This document shows positions 30,285-38,655 of a DNA stretch of 64,000 nucleotides, one piece after another. The translations under genes and the position numbers were made by a program. Origin of the DNA: Syntrophaceae bacterium UBA6087 (GTDB taxonomy: Bacteria; Desulfobacterota; Desulfomonilia; UBA1062). The DNA lies in assembly GCA_002448235.1 (NCBI GenBank), contig DIXF01000001.1:137136-201135 (forward strand). The letters run 5' to 3'. The stretch's first letter is position 1. Each line of letters opens with the position of its first letter. The notes beneath the pieces were generated by a model, which saw only the letters and a list, made by a program, of their open reading frames with translations, ran no database searches and had not been told where the DNA came from.

Positions 30285-30485
30285 AGAAGGGGAGGCAGGG
30301 GGCCTTAAGGGGCCGCGAAGGCGCTTTTTGATGCATCGGCGGTAAAACGAAAAAGGCTGACCCGTAAACTCGCTCCGCTATCGCTGCGCTCAGACAGTAC
30401 GGGTCAAAGATGCCTTTTTCGCTTTGCCGGGATGCATTGACAAAAAGCGCCAACGCGGCCCCTTAAGGCCCCCTGCCTCCCCTTC
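30285..30485. repeat. Roughly 200-bp imperfect giant palindrome in a convergent intergenic region, with inverted arms of about 95 nt.
   Basis: The left arm, GAAGGGGAGGCAGGGGGCCTTAAGGGGCCGCGAAGGCGCTTTTTGATGCATC..., is the reverse complement of the right arm, ...GATGCATTGACAAAAAGCGCCAACGCGGCCCCTTAAGGCCCCCTGCCTCCCCTTC. The outer roughly 45 nt are near-perfect, and the inner part is imperfect (GACCCGTA/TACGGGTC, AAAAAGGC/GCCTTTTT). Confidence 0.6.
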
Positions 30486-30544
30486 AGCACGTCCGGTGCC
30501 GGCTCCTTCGCCGTCCAACGCCCAAAGGCGTCACCCCCCAAATT

Positions 30545-31126
30545 TTACTGCTGCTGGGGCTGAACTCCAGGTGCGGCGGCGGTTGCCGGGGCCGGTTCCA
30601 ATGCTGCAGGCTCCGAGACCTGTCTTTTGCGGTTGCTCATGAGCCTCTTGGTTATTGCTGCTGCTTTCTGGGCGTCCATGTAGGAGAGGATGCCGCCTGC
30701 TATCTCGCCTTTCATGTTGAGGAAAACCTCTGTAGCGACCTCCAGGTCTATCTGGTTCATGAGATTGGCAGCCGCGTTCGGCTTCATGGAAGAATAGATT
30801 TTGACGAGATGCTTGATGCGGCCGTCGCTTAACTGTTTGTATGAGACGAGATCGATCTTGATGGATGCTTCGAGCTCCGAGAGACGCCTGAGCTTTTCAT
30901 CGATCCGTTTTTCGAGTTGATTAAGTTCGGCCTGCCTGATTCTTAAAAGGTCTTCCCGCTGCCTTAAGGAATCCCATGCTGCCCTGGTATCCTGCGCTGC
31001 CTCTTTTCTGGCAGGGGCTTGAGTCTGTTTCTCCTCGGCTGCGGAAAGGGGATTGATGGAAAAATATATTCCGAGAAAGAAAAGATTCACGATTAATGCG
31101 ATAAAAAGGAGCTTTTTTCCTTTCAT
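30545..31126 (-). CDS. Flagellar MotE/FlbB-like protein (MgtE_N-type domain).
   Basis: Signal/anchor, a coiled coil, and a C-terminal segment AANLMNQIDLEVATEVFLNMKGEIAGGILSYMDAQKAAAITKRL. The gene is overlap-coupled to fliJ. Confidence 0.5.
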   Translation of the reverse strand: MKGKKLLFIALIVNLFFLGIYFSINPLSAAEEKQTQAPARKEAAQDTRAAWDSLRQREDLLRIRQAELNQLEKRIDEKLRRLSELEASIKIDLVSYKQLSDGRIKHLVKIYSSMKPNAAANLMNQIDLEVATEVFLNMKGEIAGGILSYMDAQKAAAITKRLMSNRKRQVSEPAALEPAPATAAAPGVQPQQQ

Positions 31127-31563
31127 GATACTCTCCCATGCCGCTGTATTGCGATCTCATTGATGAAATTCATTTCCTGCCTTGCCTCTTCAGCCGAATA
31201 CCGCTCTTTATCGATTTCCTTCAGGCGCTCGATTGCTTTTGCTTCTTTTTTCTTCTTGAGCAGTTCCTGACGTTTTGTTTCAAGCATTTTCCGTGCCTTG
31301 GCGATCTGTTTTTCCACCTGGGTGATCCCGGATTCCAGATAAAATATATAATTGTTATACGAGATGATCTCCTGCGCCGTGATTCCCGAATCCATTTTCT
31401 CGGTGAGGTTCTGCCAGACAGAAGCTCTCCGGGAAAGAATGGCGGTTTTCAGGTTTTCCAGGTCCATGAGCACTTTCTGAGCCTTGGAGAATTCCTGCAG
31501 TGCCAGGTCTTCTCGAATCTTCCTGACTCGCGAAAGGGTCTCGAAACGGAAACGGAATCCCAT
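31123..31563 (-). CDS. fliJ: Flagellar export chaperone FliJ.
   Basis: 146-aa coiled-coil protein located directly downstream of fliI. Confidence 0.7.
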   Translation of the reverse strand: MGFRFRFETLSRVRKIREDLALQEFSKAQKVLMDLENLKTAILSRRASVWQNLTEKMDSGITAQEIISYNNYIFYLESGITQVEKQIAKARKMLETKRQELLKKKKEAKAIERLKEIDKERYSAEEARQEMNFINEIAIQRHGRVS

Positions 31564-31572
31564 GGTTATCCC

Positions 31573-32892
31573 CTACTTCGCTGCGGGCAGGATCTTTTTC
31601 ATCATGCCCAGAGCGTTTTCTATGCTCACCTTTGCATCGATATCCTGCTTCAGAAAGTCGTTTATGGCGTCGATATGTTTGATGGCGGTGTCTATCTGGG
31701 GGTTGTTCCCCGAGACATAGGCGCCGATGTTGATGAGATCGCGCGCCTCTTCATACACCGCCTTGTATTCGAGGATCTTTCGGGCCATGTTCATATGGTC
31801 CTTGCTCACGATATCGTTCATCACCCTGCTCACGCTTCTGAGGACATCCACCGCCGGGTAATGATTCCTCGCTGCAAGATCACGGGAAAGCACGATGTGG
31901 CCGTCAACGATCGAACGGACGCTGTCCGCAACCGGTTCGTTCATGTCGTCGCCTTCGACGAGGACGGTATAGAGGCCCGTGATGCTTCCCTGGGAAGCGG
32001 CATTCCCGGCCCGCTCCAGGAGCTTGGGAAGTCTGGCGAAACAGGAAGGTGTGTACCCTTTGGTTGTGGGAGGCTCGCCCACAGCGAGGCCGATTTCCCT
32101 CATAGACATGGCAAACCGGGTCACGGAATCCATCATGAGGAGCACGTCGAGCCCCTTATCCCTGAAGTATTCCGCAATGGCGGTAGCGAGGTATGCGCCC
32201 CGGATGCGGATGAGCGCAGGCTGGTCGGATACGGCCGCAACGACCACCGAGCGCTTCAGGCCTTCTTCTCCCAGGTCCCTTTCGATGAACTCCTTTACCT
32301 CTCTGCCGCGCTCGCCGATGAGCGCGATCACGTTTACATCGGCCTTGGTATGGCGGGCCATCATGCCCATGAGGACGCTCTTTCCAACGCCGGAGCCCGC
32401 CATGATCGCCATGCGCTGTCCCTTGCCGATGGTCAGAATGCCGTTGACCGCCGAGATCCCGAGGTCCAGCGGTTCGGTGATGCGTTTCTTTTTCAATGGG
32501 TTCATGGGATGGCCGTACAGGGGCGTTTCTTCCCCGAGGAGAAGCATTCCATGACCGTCCAGGGGGTTGCCCATGCCGTCTATCACCCTGCCGAGGAGCT
32601 CACGGCCGACCTTGACGGTCGGGTGGGATTTCCTCGCGATGATGGTGCTGCCCGGGCCGATGCCGCTTAGATCCCCGAGCGGCATGAGGAGGACCCGTTT
32701 GTCCCTGAATCCGACGACCTCCGCCATAATGGATGAGTTCATTTGCTTGGAGTATATCTCGCACATGCCGCCCATGGAGCTGCCCGGTCCGTGGCCTTCC
32801 ACCACCAGGCCCACGATGTTCGTGACCTTGCCGCGCACCTGGACGGGGTCGGTATCTTTGAGAATAGCGGCATATTTTGCGAGGCTAGTCAT
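31573..32892 (-). CDS. fliI: Flagellum-specific ATPase FliI.
   Basis: Walker A motif MAGSGVGKSVLMGMMAR. The Walker B and F1-like fold sequence reads LLMMDSVTRFAMSMREIGL. Confidence 0.95.
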   Translation of the reverse strand: MTSLAKYAAILKDTDPVQVRGKVTNIVGLVVEGHGPGSSMGGMCEIYSKQMNSSIMAEVVGFRDKRVLLMPLGDLSGIGPGSTIIARKSHPTVKVGRELLGRVIDGMGNPLDGHGMLLLGEETPLYGHPMNPLKKKRITEPLDLGISAVNGILTIGKGQRMAIMAGSGVGKSVLMGMMARHTKADVNVIALIGERGREVKEFIERDLGEEGLKRSVVVAAVSDQPALIRIRGAYLATAIAEYFRDKGLDVLLMMDSVTRFAMSMREIGLAVGEPPTTKGYTPSCFARLPKLLERAGNAASQGSITGLYTVLVEGDDMNEPVADSVRSIVDGHIVLSRDLAARNHYPAVDVLRSVSRVMNDIVSKDHMNMARKILEYKAVYEEARDLINIGAYVSGNNPQIDTAIKHIDAINDFLKQDIDAKVSIENALGMMKKILPAAK

Positions 32893-33556
32893 GATCGAGA
32901 ATCACTTCCTTCATATGTTCGATCTCCGACCGGACGGTTGCATCGATATCTCCGAACTCGGTCTCAATGATGACCCCGCCGCGTTCTATGGAGCTGTCGT
33001 CAACGACATGGACGGCGTTCTTTCCGGTGAGCTTCTTGGAAAGAATGGTTTCGATATCCCGGATATATTCGAAATCCGAAGGGTGGAGGCGAATGCGGAT
33101 CTCTTCCGTTTCGGTAAGGTGACTGGTCGCCGCGCGCACCGTATCCAGGATGATGTCGGGAGACAGGTGTATCTGGCGGTGTATGACTTTTTCTGCAATC
33201 AGGAATATTATCTCCAGGATCTGTTCATGATGCTTTTCGATTATGGACGATCTAAGCCCGGACAACTCTTCGATGGTGTTTTTCAGGGTATCGAACAGGG
33301 GTTCGATCTGTTTTATGGCCATCTTGCGGCCTTCTTCCTGGCCTTTGAGTATCCCCTCTTTGTAGGCCTCCATCTCGATGGATTCTTTCATCGCCCGTGC
33401 ATTCCTGATGATGTCATCGGCGTTTAGCGATGCCTCTTCCTTTTTCCCAGGCTTTGTCTTGGACTCCATCTCCTTGATGGTATAGGAGGTCACGGAAGAA
33501 TGCTTCTTGTCTCCTTTGAGTATCCTAGACGAGGACATCCTCACCACCCTTTCCAC
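32885..33556 (-). CDS. fliH: Flagellar assembly protein FliH.
   Basis: 223-aa protein between fliG and fliI, with the FliH C-terminal pattern GGVIIETEFGDIDATV. Confidence 0.75.
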   Translation of the reverse strand: MERVVRMSSSRILKGDKKHSSVTSYTIKEMESKTKPGKKEEASLNADDIIRNARAMKESIEMEAYKEGILKGQEEGRKMAIKQIEPLFDTLKNTIEELSGLRSSIIEKHHEQILEIIFLIAEKVIHRQIHLSPDIILDTVRAATSHLTETEEIRIRLHPSDFEYIRDIETILSKKLTGKNAVHVVDDSSIERGGVIIETEFGDIDATVRSEIEHMKEVILDHD

Positions 33557-34541
33557 CGATGACGATTTTGCCTCCCGCCTCGAGCTTTCTCACCACGCGG
33601 ACGATGGACTGCTGCGCGCTCTCTACATCGGAAAGCTTGACCGGTCCCATGGCTTCCATGTCGTCCAGGAGCATCTCGGAGGCTCGCGAGGACATGTTTT
33701 TCAGGATAAGGCTCTTCAGATTTTCGCTTGCCGTCTTCAGTGCAAGGGCGAGTTCCTCGTTCGTTATCTCCTTGAGGATGGTCTGGATGCCGCGGCTGTC
33801 GATGCCGACGATGTCTTCGAACACGAACATCTTCTGGCGGATGCCCTCGGCAAGGTCTGCATCCATTTCTTCGAGGAACGAGAAGATATTGTTCTCCGTA
33901 TTGTGGTCCATCTGGTTCATGATCTCGGCAACGGTCTCGACGCCGCCGAGCTTCTTGCTATCGGTGGAGCCCATGGCCTCGATCTCCTTGCGCAGGACCT
34001 GGTCGAGGTCTTCGATGACGCCTGCGGGCACCATGCCCAGGTTGGCCATCCGGAAGATGATCTCGGGCTGGAGCTTTTCGGGCAGTTCCTTGATGATCTG
34101 GGCCGCCTTGGCATAGTCGAGATGGGCAAGCACCAGGGCCACGGTCTGCGGATGCTCACCTTTGAGATAATCCACGAGGATCAGCGGGTCCACCCCTTTC
34201 AGCGATGAAAAGGCCGTGGTATCGGTAGCCATGGAAATGGATTCCAGGATCGGTTTTGCCTTATCCGCACCCAGGGCCGAGACAAGGGCGTCTTTGAGAT
34301 AGTTCATACCCTTGCCGGTTACTCCGCTGACCTGGGAGCTCAATGTCGCATATTCGTCCATGACGGTCTGCACAACATCCACGGGGATGGTAGCGTCTTC
34401 GAGGCTTGCCAGCCGTTTCCCCAGCAACTTGATCTCGTACTCCGTCAAACCTTTGAACACGTTGCGGGTAAATTCGTCGCCCATGGCCATGAGGAAGATG
34501 GCCGCCTTCTGGGGGCCGTCGATTTTCTTCAACTTCATCAT
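33525..34541 (-). CDS. fliG: Flagellar motor switch protein FliG.
   Basis: N-terminal GPQKAAIFLMAMGDE; 338 aa. The start overlaps the fliF stop. Confidence 0.9.
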   Translation of the reverse strand: MMKLKKIDGPQKAAIFLMAMGDEFTRNVFKGLTEYEIKLLGKRLASLEDATIPVDVVQTVMDEYATLSSQVSGVTGKGMNYLKDALVSALGADKAKPILESISMATDTTAFSSLKGVDPLILVDYLKGEHPQTVALVLAHLDYAKAAQIIKELPEKLQPEIIFRMANLGMVPAGVIEDLDQVLRKEIEAMGSTDSKKLGGVETVAEIMNQMDHNTENNIFSFLEEMDADLAEGIRQKMFVFEDIVGIDSRGIQTILKEITNEELALALKTASENLKSLILKNMSSRASEMLLDDMEAMGPVKLSDVESAQQSIVRVVRKLEAGGKIVIGGKGGEDVLV

Positions 34542-36157
34542 CAGACGTTCTCCTGCAACCAGGATTTCACAACCGCGGTGGCAGTGTTCATATCATCCTT
34601 GCTGGACTTTTCGATCACCTTGCGCTTGCCCTGAACCATATGCTTCAATTCCTCGCTTCTCGTGAGGGCCTCGATCTGGGGCAGCTCCTCGCCCGTTATT
34701 TCTGGCAGATCCTCTGATGAGGGCAGGGATCTTCTCTTGTCCGCGCCCCGTTCGATGACCTTGAAAGATTTTACGAGCCACCGCATGAGAGGACGCACCA
34801 CGAACAAAAGGATAAGCAGCGTGGTTACGAGAAAGACGGCCGGCTTTATGAGCGAAGCCAGGAGCTCGTTCTTTTTCGCCTTATCCGCCAGGGCGGCCAT
34901 CTCGGGTCCTTCCTGTATAAAGGGCATGCAGGAGATGGAGAACGTATCCTCGCGGTCGGCGCTGAAGCCCACGGTCTGCTTCACCGCATCTTCGATGCGT
35001 TTGAGCTCGTCCGCAGTCCTTGTGGTGAATGCGTTGTTCCCCTTCGCATCGGTCTTGTAGGTGCCGTCAACAACAACGGATACACTTAAGCGGGTGACGT
35101 TTCCCGGCGATTTGACCCGTTCGGTCTGGTTCCGGGCGATCTCATAGTTGCGGATGACATTTGACCGGCCTGCCGCTGCGTTGTCAGAGAAGGAGCCCGG
35201 TCCCCCCCTGCCCGTGGGCAGGTTTGACTGGGTCCCCGCGATGCCGCCGCTGACGGCATCGTCGCCGGTATAGGCGTTCTTCAGCTCTTCGCTCCTCACC
35301 ACATGGATCTCGGGGTCATAATTGTCTTCGACGCTCTTGACCATGTCCATGTCGATGTCGGCGCTTACCTTCACCACCGCGGTGGCAGGCCCCAGGATCT
35401 TTTCCAGGAGGTCCTGGGCGCGGCCCTGGAGGGTATTTTCGATGGTATGCTTGACATCGAGGTAGTTGTTGGCAAGGGATATGGATGCGGCATCCTTTTT
35501 GCCTTCATAGAGCACCTTGCCCCGGATATCCACGATGCTGATATTCTCGGGATCGAGGCCCCGTACGCTCTTTGCCACCAGGTACACGATTCCCTGCACC
35601 TGACCCTGGGGGATGGTGAGCCCCTGCTTCGGCTTCACGACGATGGAGGCCTTTGCGGGCTTTTCGTCCTCGATAAAGACGCTCTCTTTGGGAAGCGCGA
35701 TATGGACCCTGGCGTAATCCACTTCCTCCAGGGCCATGATGGTATTGGCCAGCTCGTTCTGGAGGGCGCGCTGATAGTTGATCTTCTGGACGAACTCGGA
35801 TGTGGAGAATCCCGTATCGTCAAACAACGCAAACCCTTCACCCGTGCCGCCCTTGGGCAGGCCTTTGGAAGCCAGGTCCAGCCGGGTCTCGTACACGCTC
35901 TTTTCCGGGATCATGACCGCTGTTCCCGCCTTGGTCAGCTTGTAGGGGACGCGGTTTTCCTTCAGGTGCTGGACGATCATCGATGCATCCGACTCGGCAA
36001 GGTTGGTGAACAGATACTGGTACTTGGGTTCGAACGCCCACATCAGTGACACGATGATGACGGCTGCCGCCAGACCGAACATCCCGAAAACGGTGAGTTT
36101 CTGGCCGGTGCTCGTACGGGAGAACCATGCCTTTAAGTTGGAGAGAATGTCGTTCAT
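34541..36157 (-). CDS. fliF: Flagellar M-ring protein FliF.
   Basis: 538-aa protein with two transmembrane segments and the conserved FliF periplasmic region. Confidence 0.9.
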   Translation of the reverse strand: MNDILSNLKAWFSRTSTGQKLTVFGMFGLAAAVIIVSLMWAFEPKYQYLFTNLAESDASMIVQHLKENRVPYKLTKAGTAVMIPEKSVYETRLDLASKGLPKGGTGEGFALFDDTGFSTSEFVQKINYQRALQNELANTIMALEEVDYARVHIALPKESVFIEDEKPAKASIVVKPKQGLTIPQGQVQGIVYLVAKSVRGLDPENISIVDIRGKVLYEGKKDAASISLANNYLDVKHTIENTLQGRAQDLLEKILGPATAVVKVSADIDMDMVKSVEDNYDPEIHVVRSEELKNAYTGDDAVSGGIAGTQSNLPTGRGGPGSFSDNAAAGRSNVIRNYEIARNQTERVKSPGNVTRLSVSVVVDGTYKTDAKGNNAFTTRTADELKRIEDAVKQTVGFSADREDTFSISCMPFIQEGPEMAALADKAKKNELLASLIKPAVFLVTTLLILLFVVRPLMRWLVKSFKVIERGADKRRSLPSSEDLPEITGEELPQIEALTRSEELKHMVQGKRKVIEKSSKDDMNTATAVVKSWLQENV

Positions 36158-36161
36158 ATGC

Positions 36162-36452
36162 CTATCTCAGTTGTGTAAGCTGGTTGTAGCCTTCAATGAG
36201 CTTGTTGGCCGTCGTGACCAGGAGGCGGAGGTTGATGTCGGCCTTCTGCATGGCGATCATGGTCTCGTGTATGTTTCCGCTCTCTCCCCTGGCAAGATCC
36301 AGCATCGATTGTTCGGCGTCCTTGGCCTGCTTGTTCGTGGTTTCGACCGCCTGCTTCAATGCATCGACAAAGCTTTCCCTCGGCGATTTCGTCTGACCGC
36401 GTTCGCCCTGGTCAATAGTCAAGCGTGGAAAATCCGACAGTTCTATACGCAT
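36162..36452 (-). CDS. fliE: Flagellar hook-basal body protein FliE.
   Basis: 96-aa protein with the FliE C-terminal sequence MIAMQKADINLRLLVTTANKLIEGYNQL. Confidence 0.8.
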   Translation of the reverse strand: MRIELSDFPRLTIDQGERGQTKSPRESFVDALKQAVETTNKQAKDAEQSMLDLARGESGNIHETMIAMQKADINLRLLVTTANKLIEGYNQLTQLR

Positions 36453-36856
36453 TATTGCCTCCCTATGCCGAGCGCCTTCAAGGCCATGTCTTTCTCGGCC
36501 TTGACCGCGGTGGTGTTTGCCTCGAAGGCCTGCGATGCGCCCATCATATTGACCATTTCCTCCATGAGGTTGACATTGGGCAGCGTCACGTATCCTTCTC
36601 CGTCCGCATCGGGATTGCTCGGATCATAGATGCGCTTGCCGGGAGTGGGGTCGCTGGTGATTGCCTCCACCTCTACGCTGCTGAGCTGATTCTCGAAGGT
36701 GTTCTCCTTGAAGATCACGTCCCTGCGCTGATAGGGACCCCCCTTGTCCGTCCTGGTGGTATGGGCGTTGGCGATGTTCGACGAGATCACGTTCAGACGG
36801 GTTCTCTGAGCTCTCATGCCGCTTGCGCTGATATCCATCGAAGTGAAAAGGTCCAT
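36452..36856 (-). CDS. flgC: Flagellar basal-body rod protein FlgC.
   Basis: MDLFTSMDISASGMRAQRTRLNVISSNIANAHTT is the conserved FlgC N-terminus. Confidence 0.9.
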   Translation of the reverse strand: MDLFTSMDISASGMRAQRTRLNVISSNIANAHTTRTDKGGPYQRRDVIFKENTFENQLSSVEVEAITSDPTPGKRIYDPSNPDADGEGYVTLPNVNLMEEMVNMMGASQAFEANTTAVKAEKDMALKALGIGRQ

Positions 36857-37245
36857 TATCTTATCCCTCGTATCGCTTCTTTCAAAGCGTTGATCTTTCC
36901 CTGCACAGCCTGTGCGGACGCTTCATAGAGCAGCTGGTTCTGGCTGAGCTTCATCATTTCCCGATCTAAATCCACGGTGTTGGAGTCGTTTCCGATTCGG
37001 GAATACGGGTCTTCCGCGATGCGGAAAGACACTTCCCCGGGGGCGTTGGAAGACGGGATGTGCTCCGGTGTGGTGGTGCTCATCTGCAGGCGGGATGTAA
37101 GCTCTTCATCGAAGGTTGCTTCCTTTGCCTTGTAGCCCGGGGTGTCGATATTAGCGACGTTACTGGAAATGACCCCCTGGCGGAACAGGCGGTAGTTCAT
37201 GGCCGAGGCGAGTTCCGAAAGTCCGTTTCCAAAGATTCCTGGCAT
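36856..37245 (-). CDS. flgB: Flagellar basal-body rod protein FlgB.
   Basis: The N-terminal sequence LSELASAMNYRLFRQGVISSNVANIDTPGYKAKE matches the FlgB pattern. Confidence 0.85.
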   Translation of the reverse strand: MPGIFGNGLSELASAMNYRLFRQGVISSNVANIDTPGYKAKEATFDEELTSRLQMSTTTPEHIPSSNAPGEVSFRIAEDPYSRIGNDSNTVDLDREMMKLSQNQLLYEASAQAVQGKINALKEAIRGIR

Positions 37246-37272
37246 AATTCCCTCCTCTCTTCAAAAGAAATA

Positions 37273-37289
37273 AGCAATACTCGTACCAA
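37273..37289 (-). promoter_or_regulatory. Sigma-54 (-24/-12) promoter upstream of flgB.
   Basis: The minus strand reads TTGGTAC-GAGTA-TTGCTT, that is GG-N10-GC with TGGYAC-N5-TTGC geometry. It lies about 30 nt upstream of the flgB ATG. Confidence 0.5.
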
Positions 37290-37315
37290 GGGGAAAAAAG
37301 GGCTTTTTATGCCGA

Positions 37316-38647
37316 TCAGGGGTGCTCGATGTCTGCGGAATTGACCGATTCTGCGTCGGAAAATTGACCATTGCCCGAATACTCGTTGAGTTTGTTGCGC
37401 AGGGTACGGATGCTGATGCCCAGGAGCGATGCAGCCTTTGTCCGGTTTCCTTCCACGCTCTGCAAGGTAGTCATGATGAGGCTCTTTTCCATGGCATGGA
37501 TCGTGGTGCCCGCCTCGACAGACTGTCGGGAGGTCTCCTCGCAGCCTTCCATGCCAAGGGTAACGGTGTCGGGATATATTTCCGGACCGTCGGTCAGGAT
37601 CATGGACCGCTCGATCACATTTTCAAGCTCCCGGACGTTGCCCGGCCAGGAATAACTCAGGAGGGCATCTTTTGCCTGGGGCGTCAAATTCTTCTCGCTC
37701 ATCCCTTCGCGACCTGCAATTTTTGTAATGAAGTGCGCGGCAAGGGGGAGGATATCGTCCTTCCTGGACCGAAGCGGCGGCACTTTTATGGGGATAACGT
37801 TGAGCCGGAAATAAAGGTCTCTGCGGAACCTGCCTTCTTTCACGTCGATCTCGATGTCGCGGTTTGTGGTGGCGATCACCCGGAAGTCCACGTTGATGGG
37901 TGCCTTGGACCCGACCCGGTCGATCTGTTTCTCCTGAAGCACCCGTAAGAGCTTTGCCTGGAGGCCGATGCCGACCTCGGTGATTTCATCGAGGAGTATG
38001 GTGCCTTCGTGGGCGAGCTCGAACTTTCCCACCCTCGTGGCATAGGCGCCGGTGAACGCCCCTTTTTCGTATCCGAACAGTTCGCTCTCCAGCAGGGTAT
38101 CGGGGATGGCGGCAAGGTTTATCCCCACGTATGGGCCTGTCTTACGTTTGCTGAGTCTGTGGATGTAGCGCGCAATGACTTCCTTGCCCGTTCCGGATTC
38201 TCCCTGAATGAGCACCGGGGCCTGGGTGGGGGCCACTTTCTCGAGCATCTCGATAATCTTCTTCATGCCTTTGTCATGTGCGATGAACGATCCGGCCTGT
38301 GGCGATCCCTTGGTTTTCCCCGCATGGAGGAGGATATTGATGACCTGGCGGAATTCATCGGCAAGGAAGGGCTTCTTCAGATAATGCGCGGCCCCTGCCT
38401 GGAGCGCGAGGTCACAGAAAAGCGTGCCGGTGGCTACGATCTCTATGTCCTGATATACCTGCTTGGTGCCCTCGACCACGTCAAGAAAGTCGTCCGATAT
38501 GATGGCAATGGAATGGGATTTCGGGTTGATGGCGCCCAGAAACTTGTCCTTGTCCGTGAAGGGACACGGCGTTTCGCCCATTTCGTCAATAAGCTCTGCG
38601 AGTATGGTGACGGTGGACTTGTCAGGATCGAGGATCGCGATTGACAT
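37316..38647 (-). CDS. Sigma-54-dependent transcriptional activator of the FleQ/FlrA type (receiver-like N-terminal domain, AAA+ domain, Fis-type HTH).
   Basis: AAA+ sigma-54 activator motifs GESGTGKEVIARYIH, GAFTGA and ESELFGYEKGAFTGA. There is a C-terminal HTH. Confidence 0.8.
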   Translation of the reverse strand: MSIAILDPDKSTVTILAELIDEMGETPCPFTDKDKFLGAINPKSHSIAIISDDFLDVVEGTKQVYQDIEIVATGTLFCDLALQAGAAHYLKKPFLADEFRQVINILLHAGKTKGSPQAGSFIAHDKGMKKIIEMLEKVAPTQAPVLIQGESGTGKEVIARYIHRLSKRKTGPYVGINLAAIPDTLLESELFGYEKGAFTGAYATRVGKFELAHEGTILLDEITEVGIGLQAKLLRVLQEKQIDRVGSKAPINVDFRVIATTNRDIEIDVKEGRFRRDLYFRLNVIPIKVPPLRSRKDDILPLAAHFITKIAGREGMSEKNLTPQAKDALLSYSWPGNVRELENVIERSMILTDGPEIYPDTVTLGMEGCEETSRQSVEAGTTIHAMEKSLIMTTLQSVEGNRTKAASLLGISIRTLRNKLNEYSGNGQFSDAESVNSADIEHP

Positions 38648-38655
38648 GGCGGCTG

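Noticed and set aside
30199-30453. 84-aa ORF on the minus strand, and 30424..30642 (+).
   Set aside because: Both frames run through the giant palindrome and intergenic spacer. The open frames are a consequence of the GC-rich inverted repeat, and no RBS or motif is present.
31138-32670. 510-aa ORF on the plus strand; also 38641..40122 (+), 45282..46547 (+) and 58452..59636 (+).
   Set aside because: These are antisense to fliI/fliJ, the TPR gene, thiC and the EF-G paralog respectively. The opposite-strand genes have strong family signatures, so these are long stop-free shadow frames.
37291-37330. The GCCGATCA motif resembles a sigma-28 (FliA) -10 element.
   Set aside because: It is on the wrong strand relative to flgB, and no matching TAAA -35 sits at the right spacing. 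The sigma-54 promoter on the minus strand explains the region better.
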